From Piedraia hortae CBS 480.64 (lineage: Eukaryota): DNA of 50,273 nucleotides. The translations under genes were made by a program, and so were the position numbers. The stretch is taken from assembly GCA_010093745.1 (NCBI GenBank), contig MU006033.1:1-50273 (forward strand), written 5' to 3'. The notes beneath the pieces were generated by a model. The model saw only the letters and a list, made by a program, of their open reading frames with translations, did no database searches and was not told where the DNA came from. This document shows positions 31,578 to 42,559 of the stretch, one piece after another. The stretch's first letter is position 1, and the number at the start of each line of letters is the position of its first letter.

Positions 31578-34500
31578 ATGGCGAACTCAACACCCAAGCG
31601 AAGCCGTCGTTCGGCCACGCCATCCCCTCCTTCGGGCAATCCAATGGATATCTATGGACCGTCGATATATACCCCCCGCGACAAGAGTTACCGACTCCGC
31701 AGGCTCAGACCCCTTCGCCGCTTGTGCGGTTTTCTCCACAGGAGGTGGCGCGTGCGGAAGAGCGTCCGAGCGAGACTCTGCGTTGTGAGTTTGGAGGGAG
31801 TTCGTATGATGCTATCAAGGCTTTTGGATCGTTGGTGACGGGGAAGAAGCGCGCTGCGGATGCTGGGAATGCATTTGATCCTGTTGAGGACTTGGAGCAG
31901 AAGTATGTGAAAAAGGCGAAGACGGGGAATAGGACTCCGCCGGCAAAGAAGAAGGAGTCGCCCCCCTCGAGTAGGAATAAGGAGAAGATGAGGGCCGTTG
32001 AGGCACCGGCTAGGGATGTTTCAGCACCGCCGGCTCAGCAAAGGGATGAGCAGGAGGAGGAGGGGGAGTTTGAGCCACTCCCTGATGAGCTTAGGCCGTC
32101 GCTGGTTTCGTTTGATAGGAGGTTGCCGGTGGGGGATTATGTGCCTCGGCGTGAGAGGCCGCCTATGCCGGCTCTGGGAAGTTTGCAGGAGGCACAGGCT
32201 GGGCAGACTGTGCAGTGTCTTCGGACTGCGGCTAGTCAACCTGTACAGCGTCCTCAAACTGCGGCTGCGCAACGTCCACAGTCAACAGCCAGTCAGCCTG
32301 CACAGCTTCCTCAGACTGCCACAAGTCAGTCGAACCAACGTTCCCAGCCAACGACCAGCCAGTCTGCACATTGTCCCACGAGTCAACCTGCACAGCGTCC
32401 CCAAACCACGACTAATCAGCCACGTACAAATGCCCAGGGTCGCCCCCAATCGACGGTTCGACAGTCCAGGCCGGCTTTAAGCTTCACAGCACCGTATATC
32501 CATTCCCCAGTGAACATTGTTCAAAGCGCACGAAAGATTCGTCTCCAGCCGGGTAAGCGGGATCCGCAAGCATTCTTTTCCCAGCCCGCTGCATCTCAGA
32601 GCCAAACCCCTCCAAGCCGCAAACGCAAGCGCGCGGCCAGTTGTGCAGTAGCGAACAATTGGCGCCAGCCGGGCCGAGTCGTCATAAATACTCTGCCACA
32701 AGGCCCAGGAGTATTCAGGAGATGGACAGGCTACTTCACAGGCGCTGTGGGAGCAACGGCACGATTCTTCTCCTGCGCGGGAAGGTGGATCCGGGAAAGA
32801 CTTCTCTTCGTTCCCAGACGAGTGGTAGCCGTGCCGTCAACGCCGGATGGGTTTAAGCGACGAGCCGTGGAAAAACGCGAGGAGATCTGCTCAGTGCAAT
32901 ACGATGCTAAGAATGCTCGGTGGGAGAAAAAAGACACGTCCATTTTTAGGTTGATAGACGAAGATGCCCCGACCTGGGACGGGAAGTCTGGTCGACTGGT
33001 TCGCAATCCGCGGAAGAAACGCGATGGAGCTGTTATTATGTGTCCTTCTGGTATGAGGCCGCAGACGGTCCAGGAGTGGCTGACGCTAAGGCGGAGGGAG
33101 CTCAAGAGCGCACGAGAGGCGAAGGAGACGATTGAGGGAACTGGATCGTCCTGGACGTCGACTTCGTCGGTCCAGCCAACTGGTCCTTGCCAAAGTCTCT
33201 CATCGGGGATACACCCCTACAAAACTCAAGTCGTAATATCCCAACCAAAGACTGCGACGCCAGAGGAGAAAGAAGACCAGGCCCCAAAGCAACCAACCCC
33301 CAAGACCGTGACGCCAAAGAAGAAAGAAGTTGAGGCTCAAAAGCAACCATTTCCCAAGCCTCCGTCCGCTGAGCAGCAGCAGCTTGGAAGTCCACCTACC
33401 CCCCAAAGCTCCACGGGCCGATCTCCCCGGCAGAAAAAGCAAGATTTCCAGACATACGTTAACTACCGTATCATCAAGTTCGGGGACAAGTCGAAACAGA
33501 AACATCTGCTTGAGAAGAGTGTGGTAAAGAGCGAGCCCAAAGCAAGGACCAGAGACTTGGTCCGGGAGAAGCGATACTGGGGTGCACGAGAAGGGGAGTA
33601 TCGTCTAGCGGAGCAACGTAACCTGCCATGGCAGCCAGTGACTCTAGGCTTGCGCGAGTGGGAACGCGACGACGAAGCGCAGCGGGAGCACCAGAGGGAA
33701 TTTCACGAATACTGGGTGGAGAAAAGCGGTCGGCTGAGGTCCCCAACTGCATTTGGCAGCCGTTATGACATTGAAAGCAGTCACGATAGCAGCAATGACG
33801 CCGAGTCCAGCATGGGTAGTGTTGTATTGCCTGACGACGTTAACGATGAGGGGGACGTGGCTGTAATTAATGACTTTGAGGATGAGGAGAATGAAGGGGA
33901 AGCGGTGAAAGAAGAAGATGAAGGCGAGGAGGAAGAAGAGGAAGAAGAGGAAGAAGAGGAAGAAGAGGAAGAAGAGGAAGAAGAGGAAGAAGAGGAAGAA
34001 GAGGAAGAAGAGGAAGAAGNNNNNNNNNNGAGGAAGAAGAGGAAGAAGAGGAAGAAGAGGAAGAAGAGGAAGAAGAGGAAGAAGAGGAAGAAGAGGAAGA
34101 AGAGGAAGAAGAGGAAGAAGCAGACGAAAGCGAGGAGGAGGAAGATGAACAGGCCACGGTTCACGACGACGTCCAACTTGCCGAGGAAGATGTTAGCAGC
34201 GAGGCTGAAGCAGAGTCTGAAAAATCGGATGAAGAGCCCGCCGAGGATCAACCCGAAGCCATCGAGTCCATTGAACAGGATAGTGACGAAGTCAAAGTTG
34301 AAGCCGAGTCCGAAGCCGAGTCCGAAGATTCGGATAAGGAACGCGCTGAACAATTGACGGAAGCCATCAAAACCGTGGAACAGTACAAGGACAGCGAGGA
34401 CGAGTACGAAAAAGAAAGCTCTGATTCCTCGCAACTTTCATCTCCTCCTGTATTGCTGAGTCCGAATTTGGACCTGATCCAGTCTCCACGCCGCCAGTGG

Positions 34501-35460
34501 AGCACCCAGGCGCAACAGGAGCCGAGCATAAAGGCCGACAACACAGTCCAAACAGATCCAAACGGCATCGAGCTGAGGAGGAGTGAGTTCGCAGTCCTTC
34601 TCCCCTCCGCAGGCCAGAGTCCACCAAGGGGCAAGATCAGTGCCAGGCTGATTGATGCCTTCCTGTCCACGCTGGTGGACCGCCGCAAGACTCGTGACGG
34701 CTGGAAAAAGGGCTCTAAGGACGCACCGGCGCTCGCAGCCTTCACCAGTGATTGGCTCCCAGCCTACCGAAAGATGGGAGTGTCCACATTTGGGCGGACA
34801 ACGCGTGGCCTAGGTACCCAGGGGCAGAGACTACTTCAGGCCCAGAGAGTCTTTTTTCCCGTCCAAGGGGAAGATGGACACTGGAGTCTTTTGATTGTTT
34901 TACCTCAGGCACGGACAATCGAGTACCTGGATAGCCGCGGTGGAAGGTCACCAGAGCTGATGACTATCGCCCGTGAGTGGCTCAGGGGGGAGCTTGGAGC
35001 AAGGAATTTTATCGAGTCCGAATGGACAGACCTCAGCTCCCAGAGTATGCGGGAGTCCGATGCCGCAGATCATGGCTTGTTTGTGTGCTTCAACGCACTT
35101 GCGGCCTCTCTTGGTAGATCGTACACCGAGGTCAATGCCTGCAGGATGTCGACCGCCAGACGGCACCTTGGCATCTTGATTCTTAACAAGTCCGATGATG
35201 CCTGGGAACTGGTGGCTTCACTGCCTCATGTGCAACAATCAACCCTCCAGCACTCGTCTCCACGGGCGAAGACTCCAGCACCGACCAATTCTTATTCTTC
35301 GGCTAAAAGCTCAACATCGGCAGACTCGCCAACATCGAAGAGAGCAGCATCGCCAGAGAGCAGCCGGGGAGGCAGGACCAGAGGCAGGACCAGAGGCAGA
35401 GGAAGACGAGGAGGCCGGGTCCGAGGACGGGGTCGGGGCCGTGGCAGAGGTAAGAAGTGA
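31578..35460 (+). CDS. Large Ulp1-like (C48 fold) protein, predicted catalytically inactive; disordered N-terminus, poly-Glu tract, RG-rich C-tail
   Basis: ORFs 31724-34357 and 34354-35460 join into one acidic frame across the 10-N gap. The C48 domain has FFPVQGEDGHWSLL and TIEYLDS, but the nucleophile motif reads ESDAADHGLFVCFNA. The 5' end is uncertain: ATG 31578 needs a frameshift near 31670, otherwise the first in-frame ATG is near 31988. Confidence 0.7.
32230..32425 (+). repeat. Degenerate ~33-bp (11-aa) coding repeats, SQP(A/V)QRPQT-type
   Basis: Translated SQPVQRPQTAA..SQPAQLPQTAT SQSNQRSQPTT SQSAHCPT SQPAQRPQTTT NQP; recurring agtca(a/g)cctg(c/t)acagc. Confidence 0.65.
33926..34120 (+). 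repeat. (GAGGAAGAA)n microsatellite encoding poly-Glu, interrupted by an assembly gap
   Basis: Perfect 9-bp periodicity on both sides of N10 at 34020-34029; true length unknown. Confidence 0.95.
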
Positions 35461-36374
35461 TACCTAATGTATAATTGTAATTATTCCCTCTTGTGGATAT
35501 GCGAGTGTTGTTGGTTTTTTGAATTTACTTGTGTGCTCATCCTAAACTTTCATTGGGCCAGAACTTGGTCCGAGAGTTGCCCAGCAGTGGATGGAGAAAG
35601 CGACAGTTGACTATCGAATCTTTAGGATGCAATTTGGAGGATCAAGTTCTAGCTTTTTGCCAATACTGTGCTGCTGGTTCAGGGAAACGTAACCAGGATA
35701 CTACAGTTACGGTGTGGTCAACTCATGTTGAGTTAATCTATGCACGAGATCCTGAGCCCCTTTACCACACTTTTCGTCGACGTGCCTAATCGGGAGTTGT
35801 CATGACAACGGTCAGTGTGGGGTAGCAAATGCGACGTTTGCGTAATCGAAAGCCACGGTTCCATGACTCTGGGCCAAGCGATTGTGCGTTTCCCCGGCGC
35901 TTACTGCTGCAGGCCAAATCATATGCGCTCGAGCACAGTGTGGTGGGAGAAGCTAGAGCAGTCCAGCCCAATCGTTGGCTGCATGACCGTTCGTAGCTAG
36001 CCTATAGTACACCGCGTCCTGCGGCAAGTGTCGCCGAGCAAATACCTAATTGCTGAGGGAGTGTTTTGGTGTTGTTTTCTTCTCTGCGTACATAACCCTC
36101 GCAGATGGCCGTCTCCCTTCTCGACGACGTGGGGCACACACATGGCAAGTAGGGAGCGGGCCGGGCCGGACAAACGTCAAAATACCTTCGACTGCGTCAT
36201 TGTTTCCAAAGGACGCGATCGAGGTTTTGTTGATATTCCCGGTCGCGCAACAACACGTTGACGGTAAAAGTGACAGTAAACGGGTCGCGACAACTTGTTC
36301 CTCTACACACCACTTTCCACTTGACCATGTGCTTGTGCCGCCTGTAGAGATTTCAATTGCGATAACTCGACAGT

Positions 36375-38027
36375 ATGGAGGACGCTCCGCCTCCTCCGCC
36401 GCCTCCGCATGGCCATTCGCCCCGTCCGCCAGGGTCCGGAGGTTTGCCAGATGGAAATTATGATATCTTTATTATCCCGCCACACTCTGCCGGCTCCGGC
36501 TTCCTGTATCTGCCTTCGATGCAGCCTCATCGGAACAGTTTTTTGCTGGGAGTTGCAACAACGCTCCTGGCCGTTGGTCTGTGGACGCTTGTAATGCCAG
36601 TGTTGAAACAGTGGTTGTCAACAGTCCTTCAGAGCGGCGGCGTGGGGGTTCTGCTTTTGGTCGTTGGTGTTGGAGTTGCTAGCTGGGCCTTTGGTAAGAC
36701 ACAGGCTGAGCATGGAAGTCAACCACGTCCTGGTCCCGGAGCTGCAGGGTCACAGAACCATTATCAGCAGCAGAGACAGTATCCCTCGGGACACGCACCC
36801 CCGCCGCCCCAGCCAGAACCGACACCCCAGGCCCCCCCCCCTCCTCCTCCTCCTCCTCCTCCGCCACGTTCAGAGGCCAATGGGCATAGCTATGCAAGAA
36901 GTGAACAGCCTGCGTCGGAATACGAGCCTGAGCCTGAGCCGGAGCCAAAGCCGCAAACGCCGAAGCCAGAAGAGCCAAAGCCTGAGGCCAAGCCCGAACC
37001 AAAGCCGCAAGCCAAGTCAAGCGCTGCATCATGGGAAAAGGCACGAGAGGAAATGCGGAAGCGTGAAGAGGAGCGTAAGAGAGCCGAAGAGCTGGCGAAG
37101 AAGCGAGCAGAAGCGCAAAAAATGCGTGAGGAAGCCGAACGCGCGGCAAAGATCAAGGCGGAGAAGGAGAAATGGGAACAGGCGCGGGCGCGGGAAAAAG
37201 AGCAGCGAGAGAGGGAAGCCAGAGAGCGTCTTGCCCGAGAAAAGCTGGCCAAAGAGAAAGAAGAGCGGGAGAAGAAGGCCGAAGCAGAGAGACTGGCCAA
37301 AGAGGCCGAGGCGCGTGAGAAAGAAAAACGGGAGCGAGAGGCACGAGAGAAAGCAGAACGGGAGAAACCCAAGGTCACTCCGCGCCCGGCATCTGCCCGT
37401 ACAGCGCCCAGTACTCGATATGGCAGCGAGGCAGGCCATTCGTACCGTCCCTACGACGCGCCCAAGCGGTCAGTATACTCATCAGCGGCATCGTCCATCT
37501 CAGGGATGAGTGAGAGCAGCTTTGCACCTAGTATGAGCACAGCGCGCACCTCACCGCCCCCCACGTCACAGCGGGGAGCATACTCCACCAAAGACCCGGA
37601 CAAGATCCAGATCCGGGGGGTTTACCTCTTCACCGATTCGTTCCCCACCCGCCCGACGGCCTCTCTCATCGCCAAAGAGGGCTCAGTCACCGACGGCCTT
37701 ATCCTCCACATCCAGAGCGAAGGCCTCTTCATCGACGACGACCTGCGCGGCGTACCCCAGCGCGAATGGGACGTCAAAGCCTGGACGCTCAAGACCGTGG
37801 AGACGGGCATCTTCAAAGGCGGACCAACCGACTACCAAGTCCTCCGCGCCACTGTGCGTGATGTCGAAAACAAGAAATACACCTTTGTCCTCGATGAATC
37901 GGAGGCCTGGAAGGTCGCCCTTGGCCTTCAAAAGTTGCGCAAAGGCAGCCAGGTTAGATCCCTCGGCGTTAACAACATGAAGGAGAGCGAGATGCGTAGC
38001 CTCCTGTCAAATCTGGGCTGGATCTGA
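36375..38027 (+). CDS. Conserved fungal hypothetical membrane protein (2 TM, Pro-rich, E/K/R coiled coil, globular C-terminal domain)
   Basis: 550-aa ORF: MEDAPPPPPPPHG..LPDGNYDIFIIPPHSAGSGFLYLPS, two hydrophobic helices, charged helix, and C-terminal YSTKDPDKIQIRGVYLF..GLFIDDDLRGVPQREWDVKAWTLK. Confidence 0.75.
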   Translation: MEDAPPPPPPPHGHSPRPPGSGGLPDGNYDIFIIPPHSAGSGFLYLPSMQPHRNSFLLGVATTLLAVGLWTLVMPVLKQWLSTVLQSGGVGVLLLVVGVGVASWAFGKTQAEHGSQPRPGPGAAGSQNHYQQQRQYPSGHAPPPPQPEPTPQAPPPPPPPPPPPRSEANGHSYARSEQPASEYEPEPEPEPKPQTPKPEEPKPEAKPEPKPQAKSSAASWEKAREEMRKREEERKRAEELAKKRAEAQKMREEAERAAKIKAEKEKWEQARAREKEQREREARERLAREKLAKEKEEREKKAEAERLAKEAEAREKEKREREAREKAEREKPKVTPRPASARTAPSTRYGSEAGHSYRPYDAPKRSVYSSAASSISGMSESSFAPSMSTARTSPPPTSQRGAYSTKDPDKIQIRGVYLFTDSFPTRPTASLIAKEGSVTDGLILHIQSEGLFIDDDLRGVPQREWDVKAWTLKTVETGIFKGGPTDYQVLRATVRDVENKKYTFVLDESEAWKVALGLQKLRKGSQVRSLGVNNMKESEMRSLLSNLGWI

Positions 38028-38376
38028 AGGGACAATGCAAGGGCGTTGAATGGAACGTAAAACTAAACTGTGCGTTTGACCTTTTTTTTTTGTTTGTGGA
38101 AAATGTCGAATACCCGCCTCGGTCTGGCCGTTGTTTGTAGATTGTTTATGGAAGCGGTTGCATTAGAATTTTGTTTGCTTTTTACGTTGGTGTGGACCTG
38201 TCGTTGATACTTCACCTCTTGGCATGTCTGTGCGTAGGGGTCACATTTGGTACTGAATCAGACAGGCTTGGCAAAGTTGGGAACGGCTCACTCGCCGCGA
38301 GGAAGCTATATTGATAGTATGAACCACGGTCTTCCCAGACTGTGAGCACATATGTATAGATACTTCTCCCAGCCCA

Positions 38377-39390
38377 TCACCAACTCAAGACCCCCCTCTC
38401 CCTATCAAACCCACCTCTAAGCTGTCTATCAGGCTTCACAACCTTCCCCTGCAGCAACGTGAACTTGACAATATTCTCACAATCCTCAGGCCTCACCCTT
38501 GCGAGCCAGATACACTGACTGGCCTCAGCATCCTGCACAGCGCTGGGCTTACCACCCGTGTGCCCATCCGTAGCCGGCTCCGTCTGTTCCTCAACCGTGC
38601 GTCTGACCTCCCCACGCCGGTAGATGAGCATATTTGCGCTGTACTTGTGTCCCCCGACGTGGGAGATGAAGTATATGCCCACGCCGCCGGGTCGCTCATC
38701 ATTGAGGTCGCGATGCAGGCCCAGTGGATAGAGATGGCGCTCCAGCTCCTGCCGAAGTAGAGGTGCAGATTGTCCGCAGCGTGCGTCCCGAGTCTTTTGT
38801 GAACAGAGTAAGATTAAGTATTTGTGCTGGCATGGAGTGAGTGAGACCCCATCGGGGAGAGAGGTAGGGAGGAGGGACCCTTCGGCATTGATGGGGGAGG
38901 TATTCGCCGGGGCGATGTTGATGATGGAGTCAATGACTTGCGGTACGGTCGCGGGATCAACGCCTTCGATCCATTTGAATGCTGGTAGAAGGAGGATTCG
39001 TGTTTTCTCTCCTTCTCCTTCAACGGGGATGTTGCTGGCCGAGAGCATCAGCCTCCCGCCTTGGACAGCCTTGCGGTGTGCCCCAATGGCTTGCATTACA
39101 GAGTCGGGCTCATCCTCGACGTCGCGCACCCAATCGGTCTTTCCTGTTGCGACAATGACATGGCGCGTCCATCCCTTGATTTGGCCGTAGAGCTTGTCCT
39201 CTTCGTCTATGCTGAATTTGCGCGGATATTTGATCGTGCAACTGTCGCAGTCGTGGAGACAGCTGTCGCCGTCAATGGAGGCGCGTGTGCGCGGGAAAAG
39301 ACTGTCGATGGTTCGGGCGGTGGTGAATGTGGAGTTGTTATCGTCGCAATTAATGAGACGGCTTTTTAGGGTTTGCAGGAAAGATGCCAT
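38377..39390 (-). CDS. APD1: Thioredoxin-like [2Fe-2S] ferredoxin (sucrase/ferredoxin; Apd1/Aim32 family)
   Basis: C-x8-C and H-x3-H ligands in LLCSQKTRDARCG and FISHVGGHKYSAN; N-terminal CLHDCDSC and HVIVATGKTDW. Confidence 0.8.
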   Translation of the reverse strand: MASFLQTLKSRLINCDDNNSTFTTARTIDSLFPRTRASIDGDSCLHDCDSCTIKYPRKFSIDEEDKLYGQIKGWTRHVIVATGKTDWVRDVEDEPDSVMQAIGAHRKAVQGGRLMLSASNIPVEGEGEKTRILLLPAFKWIEGVDPATVPQVIDSIINIAPANTSPINAEGSLLPTSLPDGVSLTPCQHKYLILLCSQKTRDARCGQSAPLLRQELERHLYPLGLHRDLNDERPGGVGIYFISHVGGHKYSANMLIYRRGEVRRTVEEQTEPATDGHTGGKPSAVQDAEASQCIWLARVRPEDCENIVKFTLLQGKVVKPDRQLRGGFDRERGVLSW

Positions 39391-39440
39391 ATTGTTGATG
39401 GAGCGAGGTCTGAAGGTTTATTTTGGGGTGCCGGGTACAT

Positions 39441-39488
39441 GATTGACGTCAATCAGGCGGGGGATCGACACGTCACCAACGCGCGTGG
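39441..39488. promoter_or_regulatory. CRE/ATF palindrome in a 190-bp bidirectional promoter
   Basis: Perfect 14-bp palindrome gattgacgtcaatc (39441-39454, core TGACGTCA), with nearby cacgtca and acgcgcgt, between divergent ATGs at 39390 and 39581. Confidence 0.5.
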
Positions 39489-39580
39489 GGCCATTCTTGC
39501 TTTGTGCAACCGTTTCCAGTCACTCAATTGCCATGGCTTGTGGAATCAGGAAACACAACCGTCTCTTACCGTAGATGTAG

Positions 39581-40525
39581 ATGGCTGTCATTTTCCTGAC
39601 TGGTGCCCCACAAGCCAAAGATCTAAACTGGGACAGTGACATCCTTTTCACCACCCTTCATCCGCCGCTCCGGCGCTTCCTCAAGTTGGACTCGAAACCA
39701 ACTCCATCAGAGACAACGCCGCTATCCCTTTTCTTTTCCAAGTGGCGAAGTTTGCCTCTTGAAGCTAACGCAAAAGAGGATGAAGGAGGGCCGCTATTCC
39801 TCTCTTTCCCAGATGATAATAGCGATGGGAATAGTACGCAAGAGCGCATGAATTTTCTCGAACATCACCTCGCTCGTCTCAACGAGCTAAAGTCTTCGTT
39901 GCCACAGCACAGTAACGATTCAGTGGAGCTCTCTTTGACCCCGTCATATCGGTCCGAAGCTGTCATTGAGCCTCCCAATGTGGACCCCGGAAGCAATCTT
40001 GTTGACCTTGCACGTCTTCCCAACGCAGCGCATCTGGACCGAATCTACCCACAAACGGTGGCTGTCGACGTTTTAGTAGCAATAATTACAATCTCAGCGA
40101 CAAAGACGGTCACGCTACGGCGAAGAACACCAGAAGTTGAGATGGACATTGTAGAAGTCTTGTTTGGAGACGAAACTCGCTCTGGATTTACCGTTTCATT
40201 CTGGCTTGCGCCACCCAATTCGGCCCGTGGTAAAGATGGCGATGTGCAGCAGCTGCGCAAGACTTTGGGCGAATTGAGAGCCGGGGATTTGGTTCTAGTA
40301 CGTAATATTGCGTTGCACACTTGGAAGGGCCTTGTGTGCGGCCAAAGCCTTGCCCGTCGTTGGGCAAGAAACAGCACTATGTTAATCAACCTTGTGGATA
40401 GGCCAACTGTTAGCGAATCATTGTTGCTAAAATGGGAACGAGTAAAGACATGGAGAGATGCATTCGTTGGACGGGCCACTGGTGCTCAGGCCTCGTTGCC
40501 TCCGGATACTACTCCGGCTGATTGA
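39581..40525 (+). CDS. Nucleic-acid-binding OB-fold protein (possible SHLD2/MEIOB-like OB domain)
   Basis: 314-aa ORF with IFLTGAP..LNW at the N-terminus and YPQTVAVDVLVAIITIS..IVEVLFGDETRSGFTVSFWL..LRAGDLVLVRNIALHTWKGLVCGQSL, an RPA-type OB pattern (GDET, FW, GD.V...N). Confidence 0.7.
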   Translation: MAVIFLTGAPQAKDLNWDSDILFTTLHPPLRRFLKLDSKPTPSETTPLSLFFSKWRSLPLEANAKEDEGGPLFLSFPDDNSDGNSTQERMNFLEHHLARLNELKSSLPQHSNDSVELSLTPSYRSEAVIEPPNVDPGSNLVDLARLPNAAHLDRIYPQTVAVDVLVAIITISATKTVTLRRRTPEVEMDIVEVLFGDETRSGFTVSFWLAPPNSARGKDGDVQQLRKTLGELRAGDLVLVRNIALHTWKGLVCGQSLARRWARNSTMLINLVDRPTVSESLLLKWERVKTWRDAFVGRATGAQASLPPDTTPAD

Positions 40526-40534
40526 ATGACTAAC

Positions 40535-42027
40535 CTACTGCTGCTGCTGTTTATTGGGGAAAGCGTTGTGCTTCTTCAACACACGCTCGATGCCATCCAT
40601 GCCAGCCTTTAAGTGCACCATGCGGGGACCATACGATACCCGTACAAAGTGATGGCAGGGACTGTCAAACAAATCCCGACGCTTGCTGGGGTTGAGGTCA
40701 AAGAAGATTCCGGGCACAACAATGACTTTCTCCTCCAGGCAAGCCTGGAAAAAGTTCAGCCCGTCGTTGATCTCTTCCGGCAGCTGCTCAAGATTAAGCC
40801 AGAGATAAAAAGTGCTGTCGGGGACGTAGTGCAGGTTGAATCCCATCTTCTGCAGACGGCCGATGATATAATCTCGCTTCTCACAAAAGTGGCGCTGCAG
40901 CGCCTTCATTTCGTGGCGCACCCGAGTCGGCTCAACCATCGACACCGCCGCTTCCTGGAAAGGAACATTGGTGCCACCATCCAAGTAGGAGCCGCAAGAT
41001 CCAATGGCTTCGATGAACTCTTTGGGCCCCAGGATCCACGCTACGCGCCACCCTGGCAGGCGGAAGCGTTTGGTCAGTCCATCGATAATCAGCACGTCAT
41101 CCTCGTTGACGTCCTCAATGTTGTCAGCTGCACTGATGACCGTACCGTCGCAGTTGTTGGTGTAGTTGTACCCGCTGTAAAATTCATCCATAATGAGCGT
41201 GGCACGATCGCGGCAGAGGTCTTGAATCTCGGCCAATTCTTGCGGAGTCACCATCTTACCCGTTGGGTTGCGTGGGTTAGATGTCAAGATGACCGAAGTT
41301 CCGCGCTTGATCTCTTCTTCAATCTTATCCGGGTGGATGTGGTATCCATCTACCTTGCTCAATGGAATGGGGATAGAGACAAAGTTGCGGAACAAGCTCA
41401 TCATCTCATTGTAGGCCGTGTAATCCGGAATGAAGAAGCCCAGATAGGCACTGCCAAGAACAGCTGCAATGCGAATCAGACCAGCACGGCCTCCGGGAAC
41501 GATGCACACGTTCTCCCAAGTGTATTGGCTCTTCTTGCCCTGGCGGTGGTGAGCATTGTAGAGGTCAGCCACTGCCTTTCGAAGAGGTTTAATGCCCGCC
41601 GTCGGTCCATACTCTCTCCCCGTCATGGAGATCTCAACCTGCTTGGGCCGCTCAAAGCAACCCTCGATTTCTGGTCTGTCAGATTGTCTCAACAGAGATG
41701 CGAGATTTGCATTTACCATCATCAACCTCGGGGGCTCCTTGACCAAGGTTAGCCCAGGACGAGGGATCGTCAAGAAAGCCATGCTCCGCCGCCCTCTCGG
41801 TGGTCCACACAACACCGGTCGAAGCTCGAGAAGGGTTCAATCCAGCATGAGCCATGTGTCCCTCGTGGGCATTGCGGAACTGTCTGTGCATGCCAGATTT
41901 GAGTTCTAGGGAGTTAGTTGGTACGTTCTACCCTTATAGGCTATGTACCATTGGTGCTGGGCTCCTTGGCTGTCGAGAAGCGCCTATCCCTGGGCTTGGG
42001 GTTGCTGTTGGTCGGTTGGGAAGCCAT
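40535..42027 (-). CDS. PLP-dependent aminotransferase, class I/II (aspartate aminotransferase-like)
   Basis: Exons 42027-41949, 41905-41717, 41670-40535. Motifs WANLGQGAPE, EYGPTAGIKPLR, SNPRNPTG, IMDEFY and PLP-Lys motif DGLTKRFRLPGWRVAW. Confidence 0.9.
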
Positions 42028-42559
42028 TGTAAAATGAGGATTGGTGCAGTTTGACCAGAAATGGGCCCCGCACAAAGCAGATGGAGGAAGCAGGAGGAGA
42101 CGCAAAATAGAGGGGCTTATGTAGGAGAAACCGGTATAAAGCAGAAGCAGGGGTGGAAGAAGCAGGAGTAGGGGGTACGTGTGTATATGAGAGGAAAGCA
42201 AACACAAGCAGCCTCTTGACGCCCGCCCACGCCAAAAGGTGGACGAGAGTGAGCAACACGGCGCCACAACTGAAGCCGCGCCGATGTGACTCTCTTAGGT
42301 GATGTGACCCCTCGGTGAACCCTGAGGGAAGGAGCGTCTCAGGTAGATTGCGGCCCAATAGGAAATGGGCGGCTGCATATAAGCGCTCTGCCTTGGAAAG
42401 GCGTGCGTCACATAACGGAGCCTGATGACTGCGCCCAGTTAGGAACTGCCCTATAGTTGCCGCCCCCGCCGTCACTGTGTTCTGTTTGCTTGTACATAGA
42501 GTCTCAGTGACTGTGCGCATGTCTTTCTGAGTCCTCAATAGCCTTGACAACCGGTTGCA

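Noticed and set aside
34020..34357. Apparent Lys/Arg-rich (RKK)n segment and a split into two genes
   Set aside because: This is an artefact of the arbitrary 10-N gap. The acidic frame (EEEADESEEE...) continues directly into the C48 domain.
40613..41752. 379-aa plus-strand ORF
   Set aside because: It is the codon-aligned antisense shadow of the aminotransferase.
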